Below are positions 25,190-37,740 of a DNA stretch of 64,000 nucleotides, in pieces; the first letter of the stretch is position 1; the number at the start of each line of letters is the position of its first letter. This stretch comes from Octopus vulgaris. Lineage: Eukaryota. Made by a program: the position numbers and the translations under genes. The notes under the pieces are model-generated. The model was not told the origin of the DNA and made no database searches. It saw nothing but the letters and a program-made list of their open reading frames with translations. The stretch spans positions 134,974,001 to 135,038,000 of the forward strand of contig OX597819.1 of the NCBI GenBank assembly GCA_951406725.2. The letters are read 5' to 3'.

Positions 25190-25968
25190 TGCCAGTGGCA
25201 CATAAAAAGCACCATCCGTTCGTGGCCGTTTGCCAGCTCTGTCTGGCACCTGTGCGGGTGGCACGTAAAAAGCACCCACTACACTCACGGAGTGGTTGGC
25301 ATTAGGAAGGGCATCCAGCCGTAGAAACACTGCCAGATTTGACTGGGCCTGATGAAGCCTTCTGGCTTCACAGACCCCAGTTGAACCGTCCAACCCATGC
25401 TAGCATGGAAAACGGACGCTAAACGATGATGATGATGATGATGATATAAGATTTTTTGAGGACTGATCCTTGGTGGCCCCCTACTACTTCCTGGAATTCT
25501 TCGCTATACTCGTTGCCAACCCTCACCTTACTGACAGCATCCCTGTACATGGCTTGCACAGTTCTCACTAACCATTCATTTATCCCTAGTTTCCTCATTG
25601 ACCACCAGATAAGGGATTGGGGGACCTTGTCAGAGGCTTTCTCCATGTCAACAAAAGCCAGGTACAAGGGCTTATCTTTGTAGCAGTTGACTATTATGCT
25701 GCTACACCAGTCATTGGGTATGATTCATTCATGTATCACCTGATTGACTGTACAGGTGAGTAGAATATAGCTAACACCACCAGATATTTTGATCATCTCT
25801 GCAGTGATTCATGATGGGCTGCGGGGCTTTCTCTGTCTTCATACTCTTAATTGCTTTATTTCCCAAGATACTGTCAATTCAGATAGCTGGTTCCACTGTT
25901 GGGTCGACATTCTCTCTTTCTCCCATTCATTCTCTTCATTTAGCAACCTTTCAAGTTTCTCTCCTTGC
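25190..25968. mobile_element. RTE tail (25190-25445 plus) and RT fragment (25457-25968 minus)
   Basis: (ATG)n tail; YLAFVDMEKA..WWSMRKLG. Confidence 0.85.
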
Positions 25969-26001
25969 AGATATATGTGTGTGTGTGTGTGTGTATGCAT
26001 A

Positions 26002-26051
<50 letters not shown>

Positions 26052-26053
26052 TA

Positions 26054-26087
<34 letters not shown>

Positions 26088-26130
26088 TATGGGTATATAT
26101 ATATATGCATATACACACACACACACACAC
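25969..26130. repeat. Compound (TG)n/(TA)n/(CA)n microsatellite
   Basis: Seen directly. Confidence 0.95.
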
Positions 26131-26247
26131 ATCAAGACATTACCGACCTAATACTACATATGGGTGGAACTGGATATGGCTGGCGGAGCCAAATAGGTAT
26201 ACAGATGCAAGTTGTGTTTGTATGTATGTACGTATATGTATATATAT

Positions 26248-27753
26248 AAATAGTGAAGAATTCCGGGTAGAAGTAAGCGTCCACCAAGGCTCAGCCCTCA
26301 GTCCCCTTCTATTCATCTTAGTCCTCCAGGCAATAACAGAGGAATTCAAGACGGGTTGTCCCTGGGAGCTCCTCTATGCTGATGACCTAGCCGTTATAGC
26401 AGAATCACTACCGGAACTAGAAAAGAAATTTCGTGTGTGGAAGCTAGGTTTAGAATCAAAAGGCCTTAGAGTCAATGTAGCAAAGAGCAAAGTTCTTGTA
26501 AGTAGGAAGGAGAACTCACCACACACCCCCTTGGGTAGGTGGCCCTGCTCGATCTGTAGAAAAGGTGTAGGTAGAAACTCCATAAGATGTACCCAGTGTA
26601 AGCTATGAACACATAAGAGATGCAGCAACATCAAATGAAGATTAACCAGGAAGATAGCTTTCATGTGCGGCAGATGCACAGGGACAATAGACACCATTGA
26701 TATTCAGAAAACAGATTCCATCACACTCCAGGGGGAGAAAGTAGAAGTAGTTGATAGTTTCTGCTACCTAGGTGACCAAGTTAGTAACGGGGATAGATGC
26801 TCAGAGAGTATCACCACTAGAACACGAATAGCCTGGGCAAAGTTTAGGAAGCTTCTTCCCCTACGGGCGACAAAGGGTCTCTTGCTCAGAGTGAAAGGTA
26901 GATTGTACGATGCATATGTGCGAACTGCCATACTTCACGGCAGTGAAACTTGGGCTGTGACTGCAGAGGACATGCGTAGGCTTGAAAGAAATGAAGCTAG
27001 CATGATCCGCTGCATGTGTAATGTCAGTGTCCATGCATGACAGAGTGTAAGCGTCCTGAGAGAAATGTTGGGCATAAGAAGCATTGGATGCAGCGTGCAG
27101 GAGAGACGATTGCATTGGTACGGTCATGTACTAAGGATGGACGAGGAGAGATGTGTGAAGAAGTGCCACTCCCAAACTGTTGAAGGAATCTGGGGTAGAG
27201 GTAGACCCAGGAAGACATAGGATGAGGTGGTCAAGCAGGACCTTCATACGTTGAGCCTCACAGAGGCTATGACGAAAGACCGAGACCTCTGGAGATATGC
27301 TGTGACTTCGAAGACCCGACAAATGAAGTGAGTTCATGGTTTCCAGGATGCCCTGCTGCGCTTGAGGAGACTTATTGTGTCAAGTTCATCAGCATCAAAA
27401 TAAAAATCAAATAGAAATTGTAGTTAAGACAGCCGTGCTGGTGTCATGTAAAAAGCACCATCCGAACGTGACAGATGCCAGCGCTGCCTGACTGGCATCC
27501 ATGTTGGTGACATGTAAAAGCACCAACCGATCGTGGCCGTTTGCCAGCCTCCCCTGGCCTCTGTGCTGGTGGCATGTAAAAAGCAATCGCTACACTCATG
27601 GAGTGGTTGGCGTTAGGAATGGCATCCAGCTGTAGAAACACTGCCAAATTGGACTAGAGCCTGGTGCAGCCTCCATGGCTTACCAGACCCCAGTCGAACC
27701 GTCCAACCCATGCTAGCATGGAAAACGGACATTAAATAATGATGATGATGATG
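26248..27753 (+). mobile_element. RTE LINE, 5'-truncated
   Basis: QGSALSPLLF..LLYADDL..WPCSICRK through the 3' UTR and (ATG)n tail. Confidence 0.92.
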
Positions 27754-27780
27754 GTATATATATATATATATATATATATA

Positions 27781-29020
27781 TGAGCATGGTCAATGCCAGT
27801 GCCACCTGACTGGTCCCATGCCGGTGGTATGTAAAAAGCACCATTTGAGCGTGGTTGATGCCAGTTCAGCTTGACTGGCCACTGTGCTAGTGGCATGTAA
27901 AAAGCACCCACTATACTCTCAGAGTGGTTGGTGTTAGGAAGAGCATCCAGCTATAGAAACTTTGTCAGATCAGAATGAAGCCTGGTGCAGCCTACTGGCT
28001 TGCCAGTTCTCAATCAAAGCATCCAGTCCATTCCAGCATGAAAAGCGAATGCTAAACAATGGTGATGATATCAGATTCATCATCAATTTTGTCCAGGCCT
28101 GGTTGATCCCACCTGCATTCTCTCCACAGTAAATGGAAAGCAACAACAGAATACTTTGTCTCATCAGAAATTGTTCACAGACAATGAAACCGAAATACTA
28201 AATACCATAAACCACCTAGACATGTAAAGAATTCAGTTTAAAACAACATCAAGCTCTGAATCTTGCGGCCCCTATCTTTGTGTGAACAGTCAACCTCAAA
28301 TACTCAAGACTCATCCAGATACTTTCATCTTAAAATCATTTTTCTTCTGAATCCAGACACAAAAAAGAAACCCACAAAAATTTTTGCAGTTTCATTATCT
28401 CTCAGTAGCGTAAGTTGTAGCCGATTCCAGTGCTGCCTGACTGGCACCCATGCTGGTGACACATAATAAGCACCATTCAAGTGTGAGTTGATATCAGTGC
28501 CACCTGACTGGCTCCCCGTGTCGGTGGCATGTAAAATGCACCATCCAAACATGGTCGATGCCAGTGCCACCTGACTGGCTCCCCGTGTCGGTGGCATGTA
28601 AAATGCACCATCCAAACATGGTCGATGCCAGTGCCACCTGACTGGCTCCCTGTGTCGGTGGCATGTAAAATGCACCATCCAAACATGGTCGATGCCAGTG
28701 CCACCTGACTGGCTCCCTGTGTCGGTGGCATGTAAAATGCACCATCCAAACATGGTCGATGCCAGTGCCACCTGACTGGCTCCCTGTGTCGGTGGCATGT
28801 AAAATGCACCATCCAAACATGGTCGATGCCAGTGCCGCCTGACTGGCTCCCATGCCAGTGGCACGTAAAAAACACCCGCTACACTATCAGAGTGGTTGGC
28901 ATTAGGAAGGGCATCCAGCTGTAGAAACCTTGCCGAATCAGCCTACTGGCTTTGCAGTCCTCAGTCAAACCGTCCAACCCATGCCAACATGGAAAAACAG
29001 ACATTAAATGATGATGATGG
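27781..29020 (+). mobile_element. RTE 3' UTR fragments (27781-28070, 28420-29020)
   Basis: 3' UTR repeat units and tails. Confidence 0.8.
28495..28875 (+). repeat. 67-bp minisatellite, about 5.6 near-identical copies
   Basis: Unit CCAGTGCCACCTGACTGGCTCCCYGTGTCGGTGGCATGTAAAATGCACCATCCAAACATGGTCGATG starts at 28561, 28628, 28695, 28762 and 28829. Confidence 0.95.
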
Positions 29021-29319
29021 TGATTGTGCCAAGATGCTCAACAGTAACAGTAAGTGCGAATGAACCATGTCCATCTTACATACCTCTACTATGGCCACTA
29101 CCAGAACTCCTTAGCAATCAAAATCAGACTAAAAAGCAGCATGCTTAATTTTAGATCTAATTTAAATGTCTAGTTTATTAATTGAATAAATATAATTCTT
29201 CATTATTAACAATTTTTCCTAATTTTAACGTTACCATGGCTCAATACTTATCATACTAAACAGTAAACTAAAAACATGAATAAAATTCCAGTTTGGAAAT
29301 AATAATAATAATAATAATG

Positions 29320-29510
29320 AGAGTCCTTTCTACTGGAAGCAGAAGGCCTGAAATTCTGGGGAATTGGGATAGTCAATCACATTGTCCCAACTACTTGACT
29401 GGTATTTAATTTCTCAACCCCAAAGGATGGAAAGTAAAGTCAACCACAATGGAATTTGAACTCAGAACTTGTCCAGTGTGCTAGTGATTTTGCCAGCTTG
29501 CCACCTTAAA
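29320..29510 (-). mobile_element. SINE family B
   Basis: Homologous to 19748-19975, with (AAT)n tail. Confidence 0.7.
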
Positions 29511-29518
29511 AATAATAG

Positions 29519-32500
29519 TCCTCTTATATTATAAAAGAGGAACTGATCTTTGTTCATCACAACATCAATCAGAGAGAGGGAAGGAAAATCAAAAGGGGCA
29601 ATAACCTCTATCACAATGTATTTTTAGAAGGGGAGTAGAAAAAGTTGTTAAGAGAGAGAATGTGAAAGATAGATTTGTGGTATTGTCACCATTTTAACTA
29701 ACAAGTTTTGATTACAAACGCAGAAATTTTTAGTGCAGGTCTGTCAACACAATGCAACAGACTTCAAAGAAATAATTATATGTGTGTGTGTGTGTGTATC
29801 TATATATATGTGTGTGTGTGTGTATTAAAAACATGATTATTGTTTTGGTTGTGTGTGTTTCTGTATGTTTTCAACAAATAGACAATGCAACACGGACTAA
29901 AAAAAAGACTTTCCCTTACTGACAGGTTTTTGTTGTTGTTGTTGAGAAATACAGAGAGTGTGAGAGAGAGAGAGAGAGAGAGAGATTGAGTGTGGAAGAT
30001 AGAATTAAAGTTTGTTCAAGAAAGAAGGGAAAAAGGTTGTTGCTGAGCCAACCAATATGAACATTATTATAGCAGGCTTCTGCTGAAGGATCTTTTTCAT
30101 CTCGACTTGGTTGTACTTGTCACTCTGCTGCTAAGTAATGACTAGATATCTATAATACAATGGGAAAAGCTGCTTATTAATTAGGTAGGTAACAATTACT
30201 AAAAGTATTAAAAGCTTGACCATCTGGAAATATTTTTATAAATTCATGTTCTAAGAATATAATTTCAATTTCTGAAGTTTATTGAATTTTTTAAACTCCA
30301 AATTCTCGCAAATTTAAATATTCATTGCATTCACTGCGTTCAGTTCTTCATGAATTTAAATATTCATTGCATTCACTGCAGAGTAGATTTTAATGTTTGG
30401 TAATAAACACTTAATTTGTTGCAGGCAACATTTTACTCTTTTTATCTGCAACAGTCTCATTCTCACTTTCATTAATGATAATTTAATAATAGCTCTATAT
30501 TTTTGATACGAGACACAATTTCCAGAGTTTGTTAAATGAAAATTTTTTAATATACCGATATGATTTTTTATTTTTTTTATTAAGAAGTGATTTTGTTGGT
30601 TTGGCTTCTTGGAACACTATAAACCTTACAATAATAACTATGTGATTGCTGCTATTTCTTGCATGGTAAACAAGATAGTTTTTAACGAGCTTTCATTTAT
30701 ATATAATATGCGACTGAAAAAGAAAATTTAGCAGCAAAGGCACAACGGCAGAGAGAAAGACCGGCAACCGAATCAGATGAAACCAGGGCAAAGCGACTGA
30801 AACAAATGCCTGAATATGCACGGAGACATGGATATGATTCTGCTTCCACTACACATGACAGACTGGTTGGAGAGTATCTTGAGAGGAGAATATTCTACTT
30901 CAAAATAATGGTGTCAGATCACAAATTGTTGATGCAACACTAAAGAGACCTTTTCTTTGTGATCATGTGGAAGTAGTGGAGTTGACAACCAATCTAAGAC
31001 TTCTTACAGAAGGTCATTCTGATGAGAGTTTGCTAATTACCTTCTTGATGCAGGAAATGGTAACATTTCTGTTGAACAAAGCCTAGGTGAATTCAAAATC
31101 AAATTACCCAATAGCCCTTGCCTTGAAACTTGTACTCTTTCAGATCTATGTGATTTTGTATATGCTGACCTCAAAAATAATTTCACAAACCCTGTGTGGC
31201 TTGCATTTAGAACCATTGTTACTTCAACAAATGAAGCAGCACAATTTATGAATGATTTTCTGTTGGCCAGGATTCCTGGTGAGCTAAAAATATACAGAAG
31301 CTCAGATACACTTGAAAATGAAACTCTGTAGCCAATTGAGTTCATCAACAGACTTACACCATCAGGGTTTCCACTACATTCTCAAAATGAAGAAAAACTG
31401 ATGCATAATGCTTCTGAGAAGTTTAGATGCTACTAATGGACATTGCAGTGGCACACACTACGTCTTTGTCAGTTTACATGATCATGTTATTAAGGCTGGG
31501 CTTGCTTCTGGTCCTTATGCAGGATCAACTCTGCTAATCCCAAGAATGCTACATGTATCTCAAGAAATGGAATTTCCATTTACATTTACACACAAACAAT
31601 TTCCTGTCAAGCCAGCTCTTGCCTTGGCATGCAACAAGGCACAGGGACTGACATTTGAACAAATTTGAATATATCTTCCAACACAATTCTTCTCAATGGT
31701 CAAGTTGTATGTTGCATTCTCAAGAGTTCAAATGAAGGCCAAAGTAAAAATATTGGCTGAGAGAAATGGAAACAGTATGATTACCGACAATTGTGTAGTA
31801 GAGGCGTAGGTAGAAACTCTATAAGATGCACCAAATGTAAGCTATGGACACATAAAAGGTGCAGTAATATCAAAGGAAAGCTAACTGGGAAGATAGTTTT
31901 TGTATGTGGCAGCTGCTCGGGAGGGATAAACACCGAAAATGTGCAGAGACCAACTTACGCCACGTTCCAGGGAGAAAAACTAGAAGTAATTGATTGCTTC
32001 CGTTACCTAGGTGACCAAGTCAGTAGCGGAGGAGGGTGCACTGAAAGTGTAGCTGCTAGAATAAGAAGGGCTTGGGCAAAGTTCAGAGAGCTATTACCTC
32101 TGCTGGTGATAAAGGGCCTCTCGCTCAGAGTAAAAGGTAGACTGTATGATGCATGTGTATGAACAGCCGTGCTACATGGCAGTGAAACATGGGCTGTGAC
32201 TGCTGAGGACATGTGTAAGCTCACAAGGAATGAAGCCAGTATGATCCGATGGATGTGTAATGTCAGTGTGCATACTCGACAGAGTGTAAGTACCTTGAGA
32301 GAAAAGTTGGACCTAAGAAGCATCAGATGTGGTGTGCAAGAGAGATGACTGCTGGTATGGTCATGTGGCGAGAATGGATGAGGATAGCTGTGTGAAAAAG
32401 TGGCACACTCTAGCAGTTGAGGGAACCTGTGCAAGGAAGACCTGGGATGAAGTGGTGAAGCACAACCTTCGAACATTAGGCTTCACCAAGGAAATGACTA

Positions 32501-33693
32501 GCGATTGAGACTTTTGGAAATATTCTGTGCTTGAGAAGACCTGGCAAGCCAAATGAGACCATAACCTGTGGCCTATGCCAGGAGCGTACCTTTTCCTGCT
32601 TTGGTCACTAAACTCTGCTTGCGAAGACCTGTTGAGGCAAGTGAAATCAAAACCAAAGTCAATTAGATGACTGGCATCCGTGCTAGCAGGGTGCAAAGAA
32701 CACCATACAAGTGTGATCATTGACAGAGTGGCTAACCGGCTTCCGTGCTAGTGGCACATAAAAGGGCACCATTCGAGTATGATCGTTACCAGTGTCGCCT
32801 TACTGGCACTTGAGCATGTGCTAGTAGGGTGCCAATCCGAGCGTGATCGTTGCCAGAGCAGCCAACTGGCTACCGAACCCGTGGCATGTAAAAGGGCACC
32901 ATTCAAGCATGATTGTTACCAACGTCACTTCACTGGCACATGTAAAAAGATTTGAGCGAGGTCGTTGCCAGTTCCGCCTGACTGGCGCCCGTGCCGGTGG
33001 CACATAAAATGCACCCACTACATTCTCAGAGTGGTTGGCATTAGGAAGGGCATCCAGCTGTAGAAACTCTGCCAGATCAAGATTGGAGCCTGGTGCAGCC
33101 ATCTGGTTCGCCAGCCCTCAGTCAAAATCATCCAACCCATGGAAAGCAGACATTAAACGATGATGGTTACCAACAATTGTGTCTCCAAGGAGATTCTACT
33201 TTAAAGCAAAATATGCTTTTTAGCAAGTTTCAGTAAATAGAATTAACAGATAAACCATGTGTAAAGGAATATATATTTGTGTGGAATTAAATTGTTTTGG
33301 CATATTTCAACACATGCCGAATGAATGATATCGTTATATTAGATCCTCTTTTAAATTTGGGTATATTTGAAAAAGTAAGGAAACATCTTTCCCATGTCTT
33401 CTCAGAGCACCAGACTTTTGTGTGTCTGTATCTATCCATCCATCTATTTATCTATCTAGCTAGCTATTTAAGTTCTACCAATTATTAATGGTAAATATAT
33501 ATAACAGACTGACTCTTTAAAAAAGAGAGATTATGACTGATAAAATAATGAAAGCAATATTTACCAAGCAAGTGAGAAATAATTAGACTAAAATATCATA
33601 AAAATTATTAGAATTGGGAATCAAATGTGGAAATATTATCGAATGGGTAGCAGAAAACCACCCGGGGGGGGGGGGGTGCAGTCTTTCTGCTAG
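29519..33693 (+). mobile_element. Helitron, internally deleted, with PIF1-helicase remnant (about 30890-31796 plus 33167-33204)
   Basis: 5' TC..TATATTATAAAAG; 3' hairpin CACCC..GGGTG plus CTAG|T. Helicase motifs LTTNLR, MLLRSL..NGHCSGT, QFPV..A....NKAQGLT and LYVAFSRV. Confidence 0.85.
31797..33166 (+). mobile_element. RTE LINE (5'-truncated) inserted in the Helitron helicase
   Basis: 16-bp TSD TTACC(G/A)ACAATTGTGT at 31781-31796 and 33167-33182. Confidence 0.93.
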
Positions 33694-33985
33694 TAATAAT
33701 AATGCTTGTGTGCATTTATTTCTTAATAATATTTATGTATGATTTTTAATAATATGGAACATCTTTCTGACAATTCTCTACGTTGTGACTCTAAAACTTG
33801 TACATGTGGACCTTTGGTTAAGCAAGTTTGATCGTATTTAACAGGTTTCTGTCTAAGTTACTATAACACTTTGGAAACAATAGCTATAAAATGGTAACAG
33901 AAAATTGCTGTAATTTTATCTTGCTGAGGAACCATTCTAATTTCTTTCTATATATGACCAATAAGAGTATTTTTTTCTGTTGCAG

Positions 33986-34243
33986 GCCAAATATCTCTGA
34001 AATATTTCCTGATACATCAAACAGTAGTAATTCTTCTAGAAATATCAATAATAATTCTAACCAAACCAATATTTTTCACGACATTTTAATGCCAGTAACA
34101 ACATCAAATGCCACACCAAACTCAGAGATTCAAGCCAGTTCTTGTGATTTAATGCCAGTTGGTATTAAACTGGACATAATGTATGCACATACTGGTTATG
34201 TTCATGGCACAGTGATCAACGAAATTATTGGAGCAAAAATGAG
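33986..34243 (+). CDS. TCTN2: Tectonic exon PNISEIFPD...SSCDLMPVGIKLDIMYAHTGYVHGTVINEIIGAKM
   Basis: ttgcag acceptor, AG|gtaaag donor, phase 2 to 2. C...P....L.I.YA..G...G....EI.GA pattern. Confidence 0.9.
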
Positions 34244-34297
34244 GTAAAGGTCAAATTTTTCCATTATATTTAATCAAACCAACTTTTACAATTAAGT

Positions 34298-37200
34298 CAT
34301 CATCATCATCATCATCGTTTAACGTCCGCTTTCCATGCTAGCATGGGTTGGACGGTTTAACTGGGGTCTGGGAAGCCCGAAGGCTGTACCAGGCCAGTCA
34401 GATCTGGCGGTGTTTCTACAGCTGGATGCCCTTCCTAGCACCAACCACTCCGTGAGTGTAGTGGGTGTTTTTTACGTGCCACTGGCACGGAGGCCAGGCA
34501 GGGCTGGCACGGCCACGATCGGATGGTGTTTGTTACGTGCCACCAGCATGGAGGCCAGTCGATGCGGTGCTGGCTACGGCCACGTTTGGATGGTTCTCTT
34601 ATGTGCCACCGGCACTGGTACGACAAAACTACAAATTCCATTGTGGATCGATTTCGATTTGATTTGATTCTTCGATTTTGATTCTCACTTGTCTCAACAG
34701 GTCTTCACAAGTAGAGTTATGTGTCCCAAGAAGGAAGGTATACACAGGTGGACTGACTACATCCCAGGTAGGGGCCACGGGTTATGGCCTCACTTGTCCT
34801 GCCAGGTCTTCTCTCGCACAGCATACTTCCAAAGGTCTCAGGCTCTGGTCATTTCCTCGGTGAGACCTAAAGAGCAGAGGTCGTGTTTCACCACCTCATC
34901 CCAGGTTTTCCTGGGTCTACCTCTTCCACAGGTTCCCTCAACTGCTAGGGTGTGGCACTTTTTCACACAAGTATCTTCATCCATTCTTACCACGTGTCCA
35001 TACCAGCGTAGACGTCTCTCTTGCATACCACAACTGATGCTTCTTAGGTCCAACTTTTCTCTCAAGGCACTTACACTCTGCCGGGTATGAACACTGACAT
35101 TACACATCCATCAGAGCATACTGGCTTCATTTCTTGCGAGCTTACGCATATCCTCAGCAGTCACAGCCCATGTTTCACTGCCATGTAGCATGGCTGTTCG
35201 TACACATGCGTCATACAGTCTGCCTTTTACTCTGAGCGAGAGGCCTTTTGTCACCAGCAGAGGTAAGAGCTCTCTGAACTTTGCCCAGGCTATTCTTACT
35301 CTAGCAGTTACACTTTCGGCACCCCCACCCCCACTACTGACTTGATCACCTAGGTAACGGAAACTATCAACTATTTCTAGTTTTTCTCCCTGGAATGTGG
35401 CGGAAGATGGTCTTTGCACATTTTCAGTGTTTATTGCACCAGAGCATCTGCCACATACAAAAACTATATTCCTAGTTAGCTTTCCTTTGACATTGCTGCA
35501 CCTCTTATGTGTCCATAGCTTACATTTGGGGCATCTTATAGAGTTCCTACCTACGCCTTTTCTACAGATCGAGCAGGGCCATCTACCTGAAGGCGTTTGA
35601 GATTTGTCTACCTTCCTACTTATTAGGACTTTGGTTTTAGCTAGATTGACTCTGAGGCCCTTCGATTCTAATCCTTGCTTCCACGCCTCAAACTTCACCT
35701 CGTGTTCTGATAGTGATTCAGCAATTAGAGCAAGGTCATCAGCATAGAGGAGCTCCCAGGGGCATCCTGTCTTGAATTCCTCCGTTATTGCTTGGAAGAC
35801 TATGATAAATAGGAGGGGTCTGAGGACTGAGCCTTGGTGGACCCCAACCTCCACCCGGAATTCTTCACTGTACACGTTGCCAACTCTCACCTTACTAACA
35901 GCATCCCTGTACATGGCATGCACAGCTCTCACTAACCATTCATCTATCCCTAGTTTCCTCATTGACCACCAGATAAGGGAACTGGGGACCCTGTCAAAGG
36001 CTTTCTCCAAGTCAACGAAAGCCAGGAACAGAGTTTTATCTTTGGCTAGGTATTTCTCCTGCAGCTGTCTCACCAGAAATATGGCATCGGTGGTGCTTTT
36101 CCCTGGCACGAAACTAAACTGCATCTTGTCCAGGTTGACTCTCTCTCTAATCAGTTGGGCTATGACCCTTTCTGTAACCTTCATTACCTGATCCAGCAGC
36201 TTGATACCTCTGTAATTATTTGTATCTAGGGCGTCACCTTTACCTTTGTAGCAGTTGGCTATTATGCTACTACACCAGTCATTGGGTATGACTCCTTCGT
36301 GTATCACCTGGTTAACTATACGGGTGACTAGGCTATAGCCGACACTGCCAGATATTTTGAGCATCTCAGCAGTAATTCCTGATGGGCCTGGGGCTTTCCC
36401 TGTCTTCATGCTTCTAATTGCCTTAACTACCATGGAACTGTCAACTCAGATAGCTGGTCCCTCTATTGGGTTGACATTCGGCAGACTCTCTTTATCCCAT
36501 TCATTCTCTTTGTTGGGCAACCTTTCATAGTGGCATCTCCAAACCTCTCTCTTTGCATCCTCATTTAGTGCAAGTGAACCATCATCCATGCGAACATATT
36601 TCTCTCTCACACACTGTCTTGCAACACGAAACACCTCAAGCCTTTGGTCCTCACGGCGCAGAATATTGGCAAATTTTTTCTTATCTGCTTCCCCTCTAGC
36701 TATATATACCTGTCTCCTAGCTTCTCTTTTCGCAGTCTGATACAATTCCCTACTACCGCCATTCCTCCAGTCCTTCCAAGCCTGTCTCTTGTCTCTAATA
36801 GCCCTGTCTACAACATTGTTCCACCACCCTGGGATGAGATGGGACTTTGCTCCATCCACAGATCTGACAGTGGCACTCAGCAGATTGTCCCGTAGAAACC
36901 TCCAGCTGGTTTCCACATTATGTGATGCCATATCCCCTTCTATTTCGTCGAAAGCTTCGAGTAGGACTTCTCTAAATCTCCATCCATTTACAGAATCTTT
37001 AAGTTTCCAGACCCTTCTCCTCCGAGCTGGTCTTCTTCTGGGCAGCCATTTGGCCCTGATCCTGAAGTCGCTAACTACTAATCTATGTTGAGGAGTACAT
37101 TCCTCGCCTGGGAAGGTTTTGGCATTTATAAGCAGCCCTCTTTCCCTCTTTCTGGCGAGGATGAAGTCGATCTGGCTAGTGTGTCTGCCAGAACGGTAGG

Positions 37201-37368
37201 TGACTAGGTGAGAGGTGGGTTTCCTGAAGTTGGTATTGCAAATCATAAGGTCATTTGCATCGCAGAACTCCAGCAGCCTGGTTCCCACCTCATTGCGAGA
37301 ACCAAAACCGTAGCCCCCGTGTATGCCATGGAAGCCCCCGACATGCCGTCCAACATGTCCATTGAAGT
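34298..37368 (-). mobile_element. Longest RTE LINE copy (end of AP endonuclease, RT, PHD-like finger, 3' UTR)
   Basis: ORFs 36446-37288 (SQIDFIL, QHRLV) and 35111-36433 (KAFD, QGS, YADD). (CAT)n tail. Confidence 0.95.
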
Positions 37369-37740
37369 GAATTACACTAAACTTTAAATGTACTAGAATT
37401 GTTGTTAGGTTTGCTGTTAAATATAACTAAGTTCCACTACCTAGGTGACATAAGATATCCCCAACTTCATTTAAAACTAGATATTTCTTTGTTCTCTAAA
37501 TACATCCAATAAAAGAAGATAAACAATGAATTTATTCTCTCAGCTCATTTCTACTCTGGTGTTCATGCATATTAATATATCCATTAGGGTGTGGTTGCTT
37601 CATTTTTCACTAGCCTTTACAAGTCTTCTGTATTCAGATACCACATTTCACTACCGTTCAAGTATAAGCATCATACAATTTGCTCTCACTTCTGAAGGGC
37701 AAGATCTTTGTTACCAGCAGAGATCTTCCTAAACTTTATC

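Noticed and set aside
25789-26608. ORFs with YIYI/CVCV/HTHT tracts, including the 265-aa ORF
   Set aside because: These are translations of microsatellites fused to RTE fragments, not genes.
28495-28875. CRISPR-like regular repeat array
   Set aside because: Units are head-to-tail with no unique spacers, derive from the RTE 3' UTR, and the context is eukaryotic with no cas genes.
28325-28875. Repetitive 119-179 aa ORFs on the minus strand
   Set aside because: Artefact of a stop-free 67-bp repeat cycling through all three frames.
30890-31796. Host PIF1 helicase gene
   Set aside because: Intronless, contains stops and frameshifts, and is bounded by Helitron termini.
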